From Cyanophora paradoxa CCMP329 (taxonomy: Eukaryota > Plantae > Glaucophyta): 64,000 nucleotides of DNA. The notes under the pieces were generated by a model. The model was not told where the DNA came from. It did not search any database and worked only from the letters and a program-made list of their open reading frames with translations. The DNA is taken from positions 310,001 through 374,000 of the forward strand of contig QPMI01000482.1 of the NCBI GenBank assembly GCA_004431415.1. The letters are read 5' to 3'. Shown here piece by piece: positions 1 to 11,893 of this stretch; position 1 is the first letter of the stretch, and the number at the start of each line of letters is the position of its first letter. The position numbers and the translations under genes are program-made.

Positions 1-1016
1 CGTCGGTGGGGGTGGAGCAGAGCGGGCCGGTCCACCCCGGGGAGCAGAAGCACTTCCCCATGTGCGCCACGCCGTGCCCTGCGACGCCGGCCGCGTTCGC
101 GCGATGCCGGCCCTGCGATGCCGGCAGGCTGGGGCGCGCGCGCGCACCGGAGCAGGCGACGGGGCTGGAGGGGACGGGGGCGGAGCAGTCGTCGCCGGCC
201 CAGCCCGGGTGGCAGGCGCACTTCCCATGCACCACGATCCCGTGGTCTGCCCCCGCGGGGTGCACGACTCAGCGGTGGGCGGCGCCGGCCCGTGCGCGCG
301 CCCGAGACTCCGAGGGGCGCGCCCGGCGCCCGGCGGGCCCCTCGCCTCCCTCCTTGCCCTGGGCGGGGGCGCACCCGAGCAGGCGACGCCGGGGAGCTCG
401 CCGGCCGCCGTCGCGCAGTCCGGCCCCGTGTACCCCGGCACGCAGTGGCAGCGGCCCTGGATGACGAGCCCCTTGCCTGCGCCGGGCCTGATCATGAGCC
501 GGCGTCTGCCCGAGTCGGCGGCCGGCACTGGCCGCGGGGGCGGACCCGAGCACGGCTCCGAGGAGCTCTCGCCCGCGCCGGGGAGGAGCGCGGCCGGCGC
601 GGCGCACTCCGGCCCCGCGTATCCCGGCATGCAGAAACACTTGCCCTTTATCAGGACCCCATTCCCTGGGCGCGTCGTGAGTCAACAACGTTGAGGGGGG
701 AGGGGCCAGCGAAGGCCTAGGGAAGGGGCCAGCTAGCGAAGAGGAGGGCGCGCCCGAGCACGGGAGGGAGCCGGCGGCCGACGCCGGCGCGGCGCAGTCG
801 GGCCCGGCCCAGCCCTTGAAGCAGTGGCAGGCGCCAGCCAGGAGCGCCCCGTGTCCTGCGCACGCGCGCGTTGGACGGCCGCGCGCGTGGTGGATCGGAG
901 GCCGAGGCGTCACAGCTACCGCACCCGAGCACGGAGTGCCAGCCGCGCCAATCTACTCTCCCAAAGTCAGGGCATGACGAATGAACACGCGAAGGCGCGC
1001 GTACGGCGTGGGCCAT
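1..1016 (-). CDS. EGF-like (tenascin-type) repeat protein, runs off window start; 5' end uncertain
   Basis: Five spliced repeats: CSGHGALLAGACHCFKGWAGPDC, CSGNGVLIKGKCFCMPGYAGPEC, CSGKGLVIQGRCHCVPGYTGPDC, CSDHGIVVHGKCACHPGWAGDDC, CSGHGVAHMGKCFCSPGWTGPLC. Each sits on its own exon bounded by phase-1 introns. Confidence 0.8.
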
Positions 1017-3499
1017 GGCGCCGCTGGGACCGAACGGTGCGGTCTGCGCCGCGAGAACCCGTCATCCGACGGCGGGTTCGGGGCGAAGCCGCCCTACCTC
1101 AGCCGCAATTAGCAGCGACAGGGTGCCCGCCGGCGCTGCCGGCCTGCCGCCCCGCGCCATGGCCATCGATCAATGACGTGCCGGGGTACCCGCAGCCTTA
1201 AGCTTTAGCTTTGGGTCGGCGGTTTCGCGGGCTTAGCCTGAGTTAGTAATCCGTTGGTCTCACTCGAGCAACCATGCAGATCCGACAGTAAGCGTGCAGG
1301 CGCACGCCGCTCGTGCCAGTGTGCGGCGCCGCGGGCGCGCGCGCATTGCTGGAGGTGTCGGCACACGGCGCTCCAGAACCACATATGCAAGACTCTCTAG
1401 GTCGGTTTCGCCCGCCGGCGCTCTCCGGATCCCCATCTCCGACGGTCACCGGGTCGCTCGAGCTCGACCAACCACGCGCGCGTGCACGTGGTCCGCAGCG
1501 CGGGCGGGCAGGCAGACGCCGCTGATCGCCGCGGCGGAGCGCGGGGACGAGCACGCGGTGCGGACGCTGCTGGCGCGCCCCGAGACCGAGGTCGACGCCA
1601 CCGACGCTGCGGGAAGGTGCGCTGAGATCTAGATCGACTCAGCGATGTTTAACATGCGCCTTCGGGCTTTCCTGGTCGGTTCTAGAAGATTCAGAGTCCT
1701 TCGGGGGACGGGCAGCCCAGAGCGGGCGCCTCTGTCACGATATCGATATCGATATTCGATCAGGCCCGGCCCGGGGCCCCGCGCCCTCGGATCCGCAAGC
1801 CCACGCCGCCGCCTCGTGCGCAGGACGGCGCTGCTGGCGGCGTGCGCGACGTCGGCCCCCGCGCTCGCCCTGCTCCTCCTCGAGCGCGGCGCCGACCCAC
1901 AGGGAAACATAACCGGTAACTAGCTAGCTAGTAGTTACGTATCGAGTACTTTTTCTCCGCTACTCGGTACAGACTCGTTAGCTAGCGAGTCGATAACGAG
2001 TAGTTACCTAGTGCGTAGCGAGAGCGTATGTAGTGCGCATAGCTAGCACGTTATCTAGCGCGTGCAACTAGCCAACCAGCTTCCTGCTGCCACTTGCTGC
2101 CACCCGCCGTGCCGCCAGCAGCTTCACCTCGAACATGCTTCATTCACACAATCTGCTACCACTATATGCTATGCTATGCGAAGCTAAGCGAGCTAAACTA
2201 GCTAACTACGCTATGGTGCCTAGAGCTGCACTAAGACTAGACCTAAGGCTGCACTAAGACTAAGCCTAAACTGCACTAGGACTAAGCCTGCGCCGCCCGG
2301 CTCCGCCGCCCGGCTCCACTAGGACTAACGCTACGCCACGGCTCCGCCGCCCGGCCGCTAAGCCGGCGCCACGAACTCGCCGCCGCCGACTCTCCACTCC
2401 AAGCGAGCTGCAAGGGATGTGAACATCATGCCAATCTCATCATGGCAGTCGCCCGGGGCGACCTGGAGATCTAGAGCGGAAGCGGAAGCGCTAAGCGGAC
2501 CAAGAGACAGGCGCTAGCCAGATCTAGAAATGGCGAAGACATGCAGTGCGGGCAAGCCGCACCTACTTGAATGGCGAACAGGCCCAGCCGCCGAGGACGC
2601 CTGCGACAATGTATAAGCGACATGATGCCATACACCAGCCGTGGATCCTGCCAGAGCACGCGAAGCGCGACGGTATGCAGATCGGACCTTTCGGGGCTTC
2701 GGACTTCGCTTCTGGGCGCTCGGGACGGCCGCTGATTGCTCATCTGGGATCTCTAGTCAGCTAAATGAAGTCTGGGTCCCGATGGGCGACGGGGGCGGGC
2801 TGCGCTGGAGCTGTCCGTTACCACGAGCATACAGCGTCCCAGAGTCACTTGCCGTTCCCTGTGCGTGAGGAAGGCAGAGCAGCGCTCGGAGAAGCTGCTC
2901 GGGCGCCGCTCGGGCGCTGCTCGGGTTTCGAGCTGTAGCACCGTTTGGAAGTTCTGTACCCGCCAATCAAAGAGGACTGTACCCGGCCCAGGGCAGACGG
3001 TGCCAAGACCCCGAAGAGTATGTAGGCAGCAGCCTGTAGGCTGCAGCCAGGCCGCGCCCGCCACGATGACGCAGCCGACCGAGAAGCGCAAAGCGCAAGC
3101 CTTCACTAGTCGGACACCGACGCTCAGCCCCAGCAGCAAGCTAGCGAATCGTGCGGTTCGTGTTGCAAATTCAACAAAAGCTCATAGAAGGACCCCGGGC
3201 TGAGTACTACGTGCGGCACGATTCGCAGATGTCGGGGGCGCGAGGCCGGCGGGCGCCTCACCCGCTTCAGAAGGAGTTGAACATCGTGCCGCGGTAGATG
3301 AGTCGCCGCTGCCGGCGCTGAATCCGGAACGGCGCGGTCGCGGCACGACGCCCGCGAAAGTGCCGACTACGCCGACCTCCGCCCCCGGCCACCGGCCCGC
3401 TGGGAGCTCCCCGCCGGCGACCCGGCCGCCGAGCGCGCCCGCGCCGGCCTCGTCCATCTCGTCCACCCCCCGAGCCGACGCCGCGCCGCGAGCTCTCCC

Positions 3500-4340
3500 G
3501 GAGGCGGAGGCGCGGCGGGCGGCGGCGCGGCTCGCCGCACGGGGCGGAGGCGCGGAGGGCGGCGGCGCGGCTCGTCGGGCGGGGCGGAGGCGGGTGCGCG
3601 GCGGGCGACGGCGCGGCTCGCCGGACGGGGCCCGGCGGGGGCGCTGCGGGCGGCGGCGCGGCTCGTCGGGCGGGGCGGAAGCGCGGCGGGCGGCGGCGCG
3701 GCTCGTCGGGCGGGGCGGAAGCGCGGCGGGCGGCGGCGCGGCTCATCGGGCGGGCGGAGGCGGGTGCGCGGCGGGCGACGGCGCGGCTCGCCGGACGGGG
3801 CCTGGCGGGGTCGCGGCGGGCGGCGGCGCGGCTCGTCGGGCGGGGCGGAGGCGCGGCGGGCGGCGGCGTGGCCCGCTGGACGGGGCCGGCGGGGGCGCGG
3901 CGGGCGACGGCGCGGCTGGCCGGACGTCGACGGGACCGGCGGGGGCGCGGCGAGCGGCGGCGCGGCTCGCCGCACGGGGCCGGCGGGGCGCGGCGGGCGG
4001 CGGCGCGGCTCGCCGCACGGGGCCCGGCGGGGCGCGGCGAGCGGCGGCGCGGCTCGCCGCACGGGGACCGGCGGGGGCGCGGCGAGCGGCGGCGCGGCTC
4101 GCCGCACGGGGCCCGGCGGGGGCGCGGCGGGCGACGGCGCGGCTCGCCGGACGGGGCCCGGCGGGGGCGCGGCGGGCGGCGGCGCGGCTCATCGGACGGG
4201 GCGGAGGCTCGGCGGGCAGCGGCGCGGCGCCGGCTCGCCGGACGGGGACTGGCGCGGCGGAGGCCCGCCCGGCGGGGCGCGTCGGGCGGTGGCGCGGCTC
4301 GCTGGACAGGGGGGAGGCTCGGCGGGCTCGCCGGCTCCGG
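3500..4340. repeat. GC-rich minisatellite inside the transposon
   Basis: Many degenerate ~30-40 bp units with core GGCGGGCGGCGGCGCGGCTCG; produces the repetitive EPRRRPPR/ARRAAARL ORFs. Confidence 0.85.
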
Positions 4341-5453
4341 GCGGGGCGGGCTCGCCGGCGGGCAGCCATCGGCTCGCGGGGCGCCGGTGCGCGGGCAGCC
4401 GTCGGCTCGCGGGGCTCCGGCGCAGGGGTGGCAGGGGGACGGGTGGCAGGGGGGCGGGCGTTTGAGGGGCCCCACCCCTGCCGGCCCGGCCCGACCGGCG
4501 GCGGCTGCCTTGTATAGCATGTGAAGCAATCAAATAGCTTTCGTTTGTCGCTTTCCCGGCCCCAGCAGAGCCTGTGCCGCGCGCCTGGGTGCCGCGCTTT
4601 CGCCGGGGCCCCTTGGCTGATGGTCACGCCGATCGACCGCAACGACAGAGCGAGCCAGCAGAGCTTCATTTCGACATAATTAGTGAGATTCTTAAAGAAT
4701 GATATCTTAAGAGTGTGTGCACCGATTTTCGCCGCGAGCGCGAACGTTCCGGACCATACACGTTATCATGAGTCTTTAGACCAGAGTACTAGACATGACT
4801 TCATCAAGTTCATCATCAATTCTACCGTAGTACTTCAACATCGATCAGCGCTACTCAGTGACTCATCGTCCGGCACGTTCGGCGAAGCGAGATATTTGAC
4901 TTTAATTGAGATATTTAGAATATGTACATCATGTTCCCAAAGCGGGAAGTCGCTGGGTGTACGTGATCATGATCATGAGCAGCCGGGCAAGCTCGAGCCG
5001 CAGGCTTCCCCCCCGTGCACGCGGGCCCGGCCCATTACTCTTGAGTGAAAAACCGGTGCTAGTGCGGGTTTACCTTCCGTCTGAGGCCTGAGCAAGGTCC
5101 GCGGCCCGACCGCCGCGGCGGTACGCCGTGATAACCGGAGGGCACCTAGGCGTACTGCGCCGCGCGCCGCGGGTGAAGCTCTGAGCGCGCGGGGCGCCGC
5201 GCGGCGCGTCCTGAGGGCGTACATACGTCCTAAAGAAGGAAAACATGCGACTGCACGCGGCTAGAGCCTCGGGGAATCCCAGCAGCTAAAGTCGCCCGGC
5301 AGGCTGCGCCGCAGCGTCTTCAACTTAAGTCTCGGCGCTGGCGCCGGCATTATTTTGGACGAATTACTGAGGTATTACCGCGGTATCACCGAGGAATTAC
5401 CGACGACCCGAGGTATTGCCAAGGCACTGCGGCAATCTCAGAGGTATTGCCGA

Positions 5454-5515
5454 GGCAATATCGTAGCGCGTACTGGCAATATCGTAGCGCGTACTGGCAA
5501 TATCGTAGCGCGTAT
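5454..5515. repeat. 21-bp tandem repeat x3 inside the transposon
   Basis: GGCAATATCGTAGCGCGTACT x3, preceded by GAGGTATT(A/G)CC motifs. Confidence 0.85.
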
Positions 5516-8347
5516 CATCGTATTGCTCATGATCATAGCCGTGCGCATGCTGCCGGGCTAACTTAGTAAGCCTTGAAGCTACTAGGCTATATAGCTAGCG
5601 TTCGTCCAGCAGTACAGCAGCTAGCGCTCGTCGGCGTCCGCGCGCGCGGCTATAGCTATAGCTACGGGTATGTCTATTGTCTTAGCAAGCTAGCTAGCTA
5701 GTCCTCAACGAGTCGAACAAGTTTTTTTGCATAGCGAGTCTGTTAACGAGTCCGTAATGAGTCCGTAACGAACAGTCGACTCGGTAAATCGCCGGTTACG
5801 TTTCCCTGTGACCCCGCCCGCCGTGCCCCCGCCTGCCCGCCGCCCCTCCTCGCCCTCCTCCGGCCGCCCGCTCTCGCGGCCGCTCCGGGCCTGCCCGTCG
5901 ACAACTGCGTCAGCCGGGAGGACTTCGATCCCGCCGCCGCCGCGCGGGAGGCCGCCGGGCGCAGGGCGGCCCTCCACGCCGCCCTCACGGCCCTCTGGTC
6001 CCGCGGCGAGCGCCTCGACGGCTCCACCGACGAGCACGGGTACACCGTCTTCCACTACGTCCGCCCCGCCCCGCCCCGGGGCCCCGCCGCCCTCCAGCTC
6101 GGCGCGCTGACCCGCGGCGGGGCAGGCGGGGGCGGGTCTGGAGACGACCGTTCCCCTCGAGGAGGTCCTCGCCGCTTGCCCGGACCCGGCCGCCGCCCTC
6201 GCGGTCCCGGACCCCCTCGGTGCGCCCCCTCCCGTGCTGCGCCGCCTTGCTCGCCCCGCCCACGCCGGCGGGGCCAGGGAGGACGGCGCTGGCGCTGGCG
6301 TGCCGCGGCGGCCGCCACGCCCTCGCCGCCGCCCTCCTCCCCTTCTCCGACCCCTCGCCCAGGCGCGCCCCTCCGAACGCCCGCCCCGCCCCGCGCTGAC
6401 GGGCACCCGGGCCAGGACCTGGAGGAGAACTGCTGCCTGCACGTGGGGCGCCTCGGGGCGGGCGAGGGCCCCGCCCTCCTCTCCGCCCTCCTGCGCCGCT
6501 GCCCGCGGTCCGGCCCAGCCCGCCCCGCGGCACCCCGGCGCAGGGCGTGAGCTCAGCCGCACCGGCGGTCGCAGGCGGCGCGCCTGCGGAACGGGGACGG
6601 GGAGACACCGCTGCACCGCCTCGCGGCGCGGCGCCCCTGGCGCCAGGCCCGCCGCGCGCCGGCCCCCGCGGCTTTTTCCCCGCCTTTGGATTTGGGGCCG
6701 GGGGCGCCGGCCCGCTCGCCGGCCCGAGCTCGAGCAGCGTCAACTGGTGCGCGCTGTGTCTCCTTTCTTCCCCCCCTTCCCCTTCCACCCGCGCTGCGCG
6801 CCCTGCATCTGACGGGCTGCGGGCCGCCGGCGCCACAGAGAGGCCCTGCAGCGCACCTCCGAGGAGCTCGTCGCCGCGTCGGACGTCGCGGCGCAGGACG
6901 CCGCCGGCCGCACCCCGGCCCGCCACGCCCCGCCCCCCGCCCCGCCCCGCCCTCTCACGCCGGCGCCTGCAGATCCACGCGGCGGTGGCGGCGGGGCGCC
7001 GCGTCGGAGTGCTCCTCGCGGCGATGCTGGCGGCCCCGCAGGCGCGCGCCGCGCTGGCGCTGCAGGACCGCGCCGGCTCGACGCCGCTCCACACCGCCTG
7101 CCGCGTGCGCGCCCCGCGCCCCTAGACACGAGCCACCCTGCCCTAAGTGACACCCTACTGCAGCTGGGGCGCGTGGAGGTGGCGAGGGCGCTGCTCGAGG
7201 CGGGCGCGCCGGCGGGGCCGGACGCCCCGCGCGACCGGCAGGGCCTCCTGCCGGGCGAGGCGGGGCCCGAGCGCGCCCGCCGCCTCGTCCGCCGTGCGTT
7301 CGCCCCGGGGCCCTGCGCCGCGCTGCGCCGCGCCCCGCGCCTGAAGTTCAGGGGCGCAGTCTGGCTCGCGGGGGCCCGGGGCGCGGACCTCGGGGCGGCG
7401 GAGCTCGAGGGGCCCCGCGTGCACCGCGTCTCGGCGCTGCGGCCGCCCTCCCGCACCGGCCTCGCCTCGGACTCGTGCCCCAGCGACGACCCCGACATCC
7501 TCTCGTAGGCCCGCCATGCCGCCGTGCTGGGCCTGCCAAGTTAGTAAGTTATCATAGTATACAGCTAAATGAGCCTAACACAGCAAAGCTACCGCGGGCC
7601 ATGACTTCGATTTTTTCAAAGTTTAGTCATGATCCGATGATATCACTCAAATGCGCATGCATGCCGCAGCTGACTCAGTGAAGCTGCATGCATATGCAGT
7701 GCGAAGTGAATGATGCATACGATCATGAATTTGCCACCCCCTAGCCGCCCGGCGGCCGGGCCGTACGCGTGATCATCATGGCATGCGCATCATGGCATGA
7801 CCATCCGAGCAAGTCTGCATGTTTGGCAATTTCAAGTTTTTCGAGTCGCCGATCGACTCGGCGAGTCGACGTCCGACGGTCGGATCCCGGAGTCCCCGGG
7901 CCGGGCGCTTTCGATAAAAGCTTGTCCGAAGTTCAAATTCTTTCGGCCGCCGGGCCGAGTTCGGCTGCAGGATCCGGATCCGATGATCATGGATTTCATT
8001 CGACACTCAGCGGCAGCGTACTCGGCCCGTTCACCATCGTATCATTGAATCCGGAACATAAAGACAACTATGTATACGTTTTCAATTTGATTAATCCCAA
8101 ATACATAAAAGCGGCGCCCTAGTCCCCCTGGCTGCCCGTAGATAGCGCTGCGAAACCGACGACGTTGAGGGTGGCGACTCCCCAAACCCCCAACCCCCCC
8201 GCCGCCCCTCCCGAATCCCCCTCCCCAGCCCCCTTCCACCCTCCTCCCCCCCTCCCCCCTCACCCCGAACTGGCAGATCGCATTTGTGTGCACGAGAAGC
8301 GGATCGAATTGGGAAACGGGGCGCGCGGCGCGTCGGGGGTCCCTCCC

Positions 8348-11300
8348 CTACCGCTCGAGGTCGCCGCCGGAGGGCGCTGCGAGCCCCGCCCCCGCCGCCG
8401 ACGCCGCCGCGTCCCTCTCCCGCTCTGGCGCGCGATCGGCGGGGGTACGAGAAGCGAGAAAGCGCAGAGCGAGCGCGTACCCGCCGAAGCGAAGGCTTCT
8501 AGCCGCTCCTCGAACTTCGCCATGGCGTCCGCGGGCGGCGCGGCCACCTGCGCGCGCGCGCGTCAGGTCGGGAGGGGTACCGCGCGGCGAGCGGGGCAGG
8601 GCAAGAGGAATACCTCGCCGGAGACGTCGTAGAGGTGAACCCCGCCGTCGGAATCTCCGGCGGCGAGCCGGCGCCCGTCGCCCGACCAGCGCGCCTTGTT
8701 GAGCGCGTGCGGTCCCCGCCGGGCCACCGCAATCGGGGCCTGCTCAGAGCGGGGGTCGGGGGGTGAGCGGGCGGGCAGAGGGGGAGGGGGTACGCGCCTC
8801 GGAGTCCTGGACAAGGTCCCAGAGGGAGAGGGCGCCGGTGCCGTCCGCCGTGGCGAAGGCAGACGGGTGCGTGGGGGACCTGCGGGAGCGCCGCACCCTG
8901 AGCGCAGCGGAGAAGAGGGGGAGCAGAGGGGGGGGTACCACTGCACGTCGAATACGTAGTCGCCGAGGTCCTCGAAGGTGTGCAGGGGGGTACCGGCGCC
9001 CTGGCGAAGGAGCTCAGAGGATCATAGGGGGGGAAGACAAGGGGGGTACGCCGTGCCTTGGCGCTCCAGAGTTTGACGGTCCAGTCGGTGCTGGAGGAGA
9101 GGAGGAGGTGGGAGAGGTGGTCCTGTCCCCCCACCGCCGGGTGCGGGTGCACGGCTGCGCCGAAAGTCGGGCCCCGTCACGCGCGCGTACCCCGGGAGCC
9201 GGGCGGGGCGTACCCGTGACGGGGCCAGCGTGGCCCTTGAACTCGTCCGCCACGCCCTGCTTGCTGCGCGGCGGCGTCGGGGGGTACGTGGACTCTTGGA
9301 CAGGGGCACGCCGAACCTGCCGTAGCGGTAGACGCGGAAGAGAGAAGCTGACTCGGTGCCGACGAGGAACGAGTTGACGTCCCCCTCCTGCGCCCCCGGA
9401 TCGAATCCGGCCAGGTCCGGACTCCAGTCGGTCCGGCTTCGAACCTGGAAGGCCAGCGCAGTGACGGGCAGCTCGGTCCTGTTCTGCTTCTTGTCCTTCA
9501 GCTCGAGCACCTCCTGCGGGGTACGCGCTCGGCGGCGGCCTGAATGCGAGGGGGGTACGGCGCTCTCGCACCTGCGGCTGCGAGAGCATCGAGAGGGACC
9601 TGCGCTGGGCGTCGGAACGGAAGGGAGGGGAACGCGCGGACGGGTACGCCGTCGCACCAGGAGCAGACGCGGCCGTCGGTGGAGGCGGTGATCAGATTGT
9701 GCGCGTTCTGCGTGCCGACGACCTGCGCGGGGCCTGAGCGAACGGGCGGGGGCCGGCCCCGAGGGGCTGCCGGCGCCGATGGCACCTGCATCGCGTAGAT
9801 GGGGTGCGTATGGCCGTCCCCCGAGCGCGGCGTCTTCAGCACGGGCGCGTTCTTCGTCCTGCGCGCCCCGTCGCCCGGCAGCCGGCAACCGACCGGACGG
9901 GATTCGAACCGGAGGTCCCACAGGACGATCTGGCCCGAGTAGAGCCCTGCGGGAGGGGCCACGTGAGACCGAGCCTCCCCCGCGCCCTCCCGCCGCAGCG
10001 AAACCGGGGAGCGCGGACGCACCGCCGATGATCTGGGACCCGGCGTAGCGGTGGAAGCTCATCGAAGTGACGGGCGACTGCGCGGGCGGTGAGGGGCGCC
10101 CCTCGCAGCGCGCGGCGCCGGCGCCGGGCCCTCACCGCCGCCGTGAACACGTACTCGGGCTGCAGGGGGCACGCGGGGGAGGGTGGTGGGTGGGAAGCGG
10201 GGCGGGGGCGGGAGGGGGGGCACCTGGAGGCGGTTGGCGGTGCTCCAGACGAGGACGAGGCCGTCGGGCTCGCTCGTGAGGGCGTCCGCGCGGCTCCCGT
10301 ACGCCGCCGCCAGCAGCTCCGGGTGCTGCACGCCGGGTGCGGGGTTGAGAGCGACCCTTGGAGGAGCGGGGGGCGGGTACCTTGGGGGACCACGAGAGGT
10401 CCGTCACCGCCCGGTGCTTCGACCACTTCTCGTCGAACAGCGTGACCTGCGGCGCGGTCGCCCAGGGGTACGGCGATGACAGGGCGCGCGCGCTCTCTCT
10501 CACCGCGTAGGAGAGGCTCTCGCGGGAGGATGCGCTGCGGGCGGGCGGGGAAAGAGGGGGCCGTGAGAAGCGGGGGTCGGGCGGGATGAAGGGGCACCGC
10601 CCGGCGCACCCGGCCGCCGCGGAGTCGCCTGAGCCGACCGCGTAGTCCGCCGCGACGTCGGGCTGCGGTCCGCGCGAGCCGTGTGAGCGGCCTCGGAAGC
10701 GCGCGCGGGGGCCGGCGGGCGGCTGGGACGACGAGGCGAGCGCGGGGCGCGCCTGGCTCAGGGCGCGCTCGACGATGCGGGCGGAGCGCGAGAAGAAGGC
10801 CTGGAATGGCCCCGACGAGATCACCTCGGCGCGCTCCGCCGGCGTGAGCTCTGCCGGCGCCGCCGCGTCGGTCAGTTCGCGCGCCGCTCTGCGCCGCGGA
10901 GGCGGCGGGAAAGGGACGCGGACCCGGGATGCCGGCGGCGGCCTCCGCCTCGGCATCGCCGGCGGCCTCCGGCGCCTCGCCGTCCGCGCCCCCGGCGAGG
11001 GGCAATGCCGGCGTCTCCGCGTGCGCCTGCTGCTGCTGCTGCCTCCTCCTCGCAGGCGTCCGCTCGTCCTCCTCCTCCTCCCTCTGTGTCGGCAGCGTCT
11101 GCGTCTCTTTGTTGTATGTCTCCAAGATCTGCTTGCCGCCTATCAGCGCCGGCGCCCGCCTGCGAGCGCGAGCGGCGGGACGTGCCTTCGGCATGACATT
11201 GATGGGCTCCAAGTGATGTACGCTCAGCTGCGGGGCCCGCCGCTGCGGCCTGCCGCGAGCCCGCGTCAGATTTGAACGGCAAGAGTCGCCCGCAGCGCGG

Positions 11301-11744
11301 ACCGCGAGTACGCGATGGTCGAGGCGATCTCCTGCGATGCAGAGACGGATGGCTCGCCCGTAGAGAGGCCCGCCATGCTCTGCCGCACGGATTCCACGCC
11401 CGAAATGCTCGTCGAGGACGGCGCTAGGAGGTCGACACCGACGATGGACTTGACGACGTCCTCCACCGACGCCGTTGATGAGTCTGGAAAGCCGCCGCTA
11501 AGGCTCTGCGCGCGCGTCGGATGCCGGCCGGCCGCGAGGCGCTCGGAAGGCGCGCTATGGCGTTGTGGACCGAGCGCGCGTCTGGACCGCCCCAAGCGGT
11601 GCACGAGGGCAATGGCGACGTGCGAACCTCGCGCACGGACGGTCCGCCGACCCGCTTGTCCTCATTCCGTTTGCGGAGCTCGGCGAGCTTCCTCTTCTTC
11701 TCCTCCAGCTCTCGCCGCCGCGCTTCCTTGTCGGCATCCGCCAT
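8348..11744 (-). CDS. DYNC1I: Cytoplasmic dynein-1 intermediate chain (WD40), multi-exon
   Basis: N-terminal [24 protein letters not shown]; LC8-binding YNKETQT; [14 protein letters not shown]; [24 protein letters not shown]; GHTHPIY; [14 protein letters not shown]. Confidence 0.93.
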
Positions 11745-11893
11745 CTTGAGCCGGAGCGTTCCCGGAGCTCGCCGCGAACCACGGAATCTCGGTAGCCCCC
11801 GGCCAGGCCAAGGCTGCCAAGCCTCCAAGGCCGCCAAGCCGCCAAGCCTCCAAGGCCGCCAAGCCGCCAAGGCCGCCAAGCAAACTCGCTGAG
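11745..11893. promoter_or_regulatory. Putative bidirectional promoter DYNC1I/ATG6 with CCAAG tandem motif
   Basis: 149 bp between divergent ATGs; ~9 copies of CCAAG at ~11807-11880. Confidence 0.55.

Larger units (their letters stand above)
1898..5810. mobile_element. Non-autonomous CACTA/EnSpm(CMC)-like DNA transposon
   Basis: TIR CACAGGGAAAC(A/G)TAACCGG at 1898-1916 and 5792-5810 (1 mismatch). 3-bp TSD ACC at 1895-1897 and 5811-5813. Subterminal ACGAGT/ACTCGT-type motifs at both ends. No transposase recognised. Confidence 0.88.
1274..7508 (+). pseudogene. Ankyrin-repeat protein gene interrupted by a DNA transposon (probably inactivated); start uncertain
   Basis: ANK motifs QTPLIAAAERGDEHAVRTLL and GRTALLAAC...LLLERGADP precede 1898. 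Reading resumes after 5810 with DEHGYTVFHY, QDRAGSTPLHTAC and GRVEVARALLEAGA. Stop at 7508. Confidence 0.75.

Noticed and set aside
3267-4669. Long overlapping Arg/Pro/Ala/Gly ORFs on both strands
   Set aside because: By-product of a stop-free GC minisatellite; no transposase or other domain.
5380-5520. Short repeats resembling a CRISPR array
   Set aside because: Tandem units without unique spacers; eukaryotic context; no cas genes.
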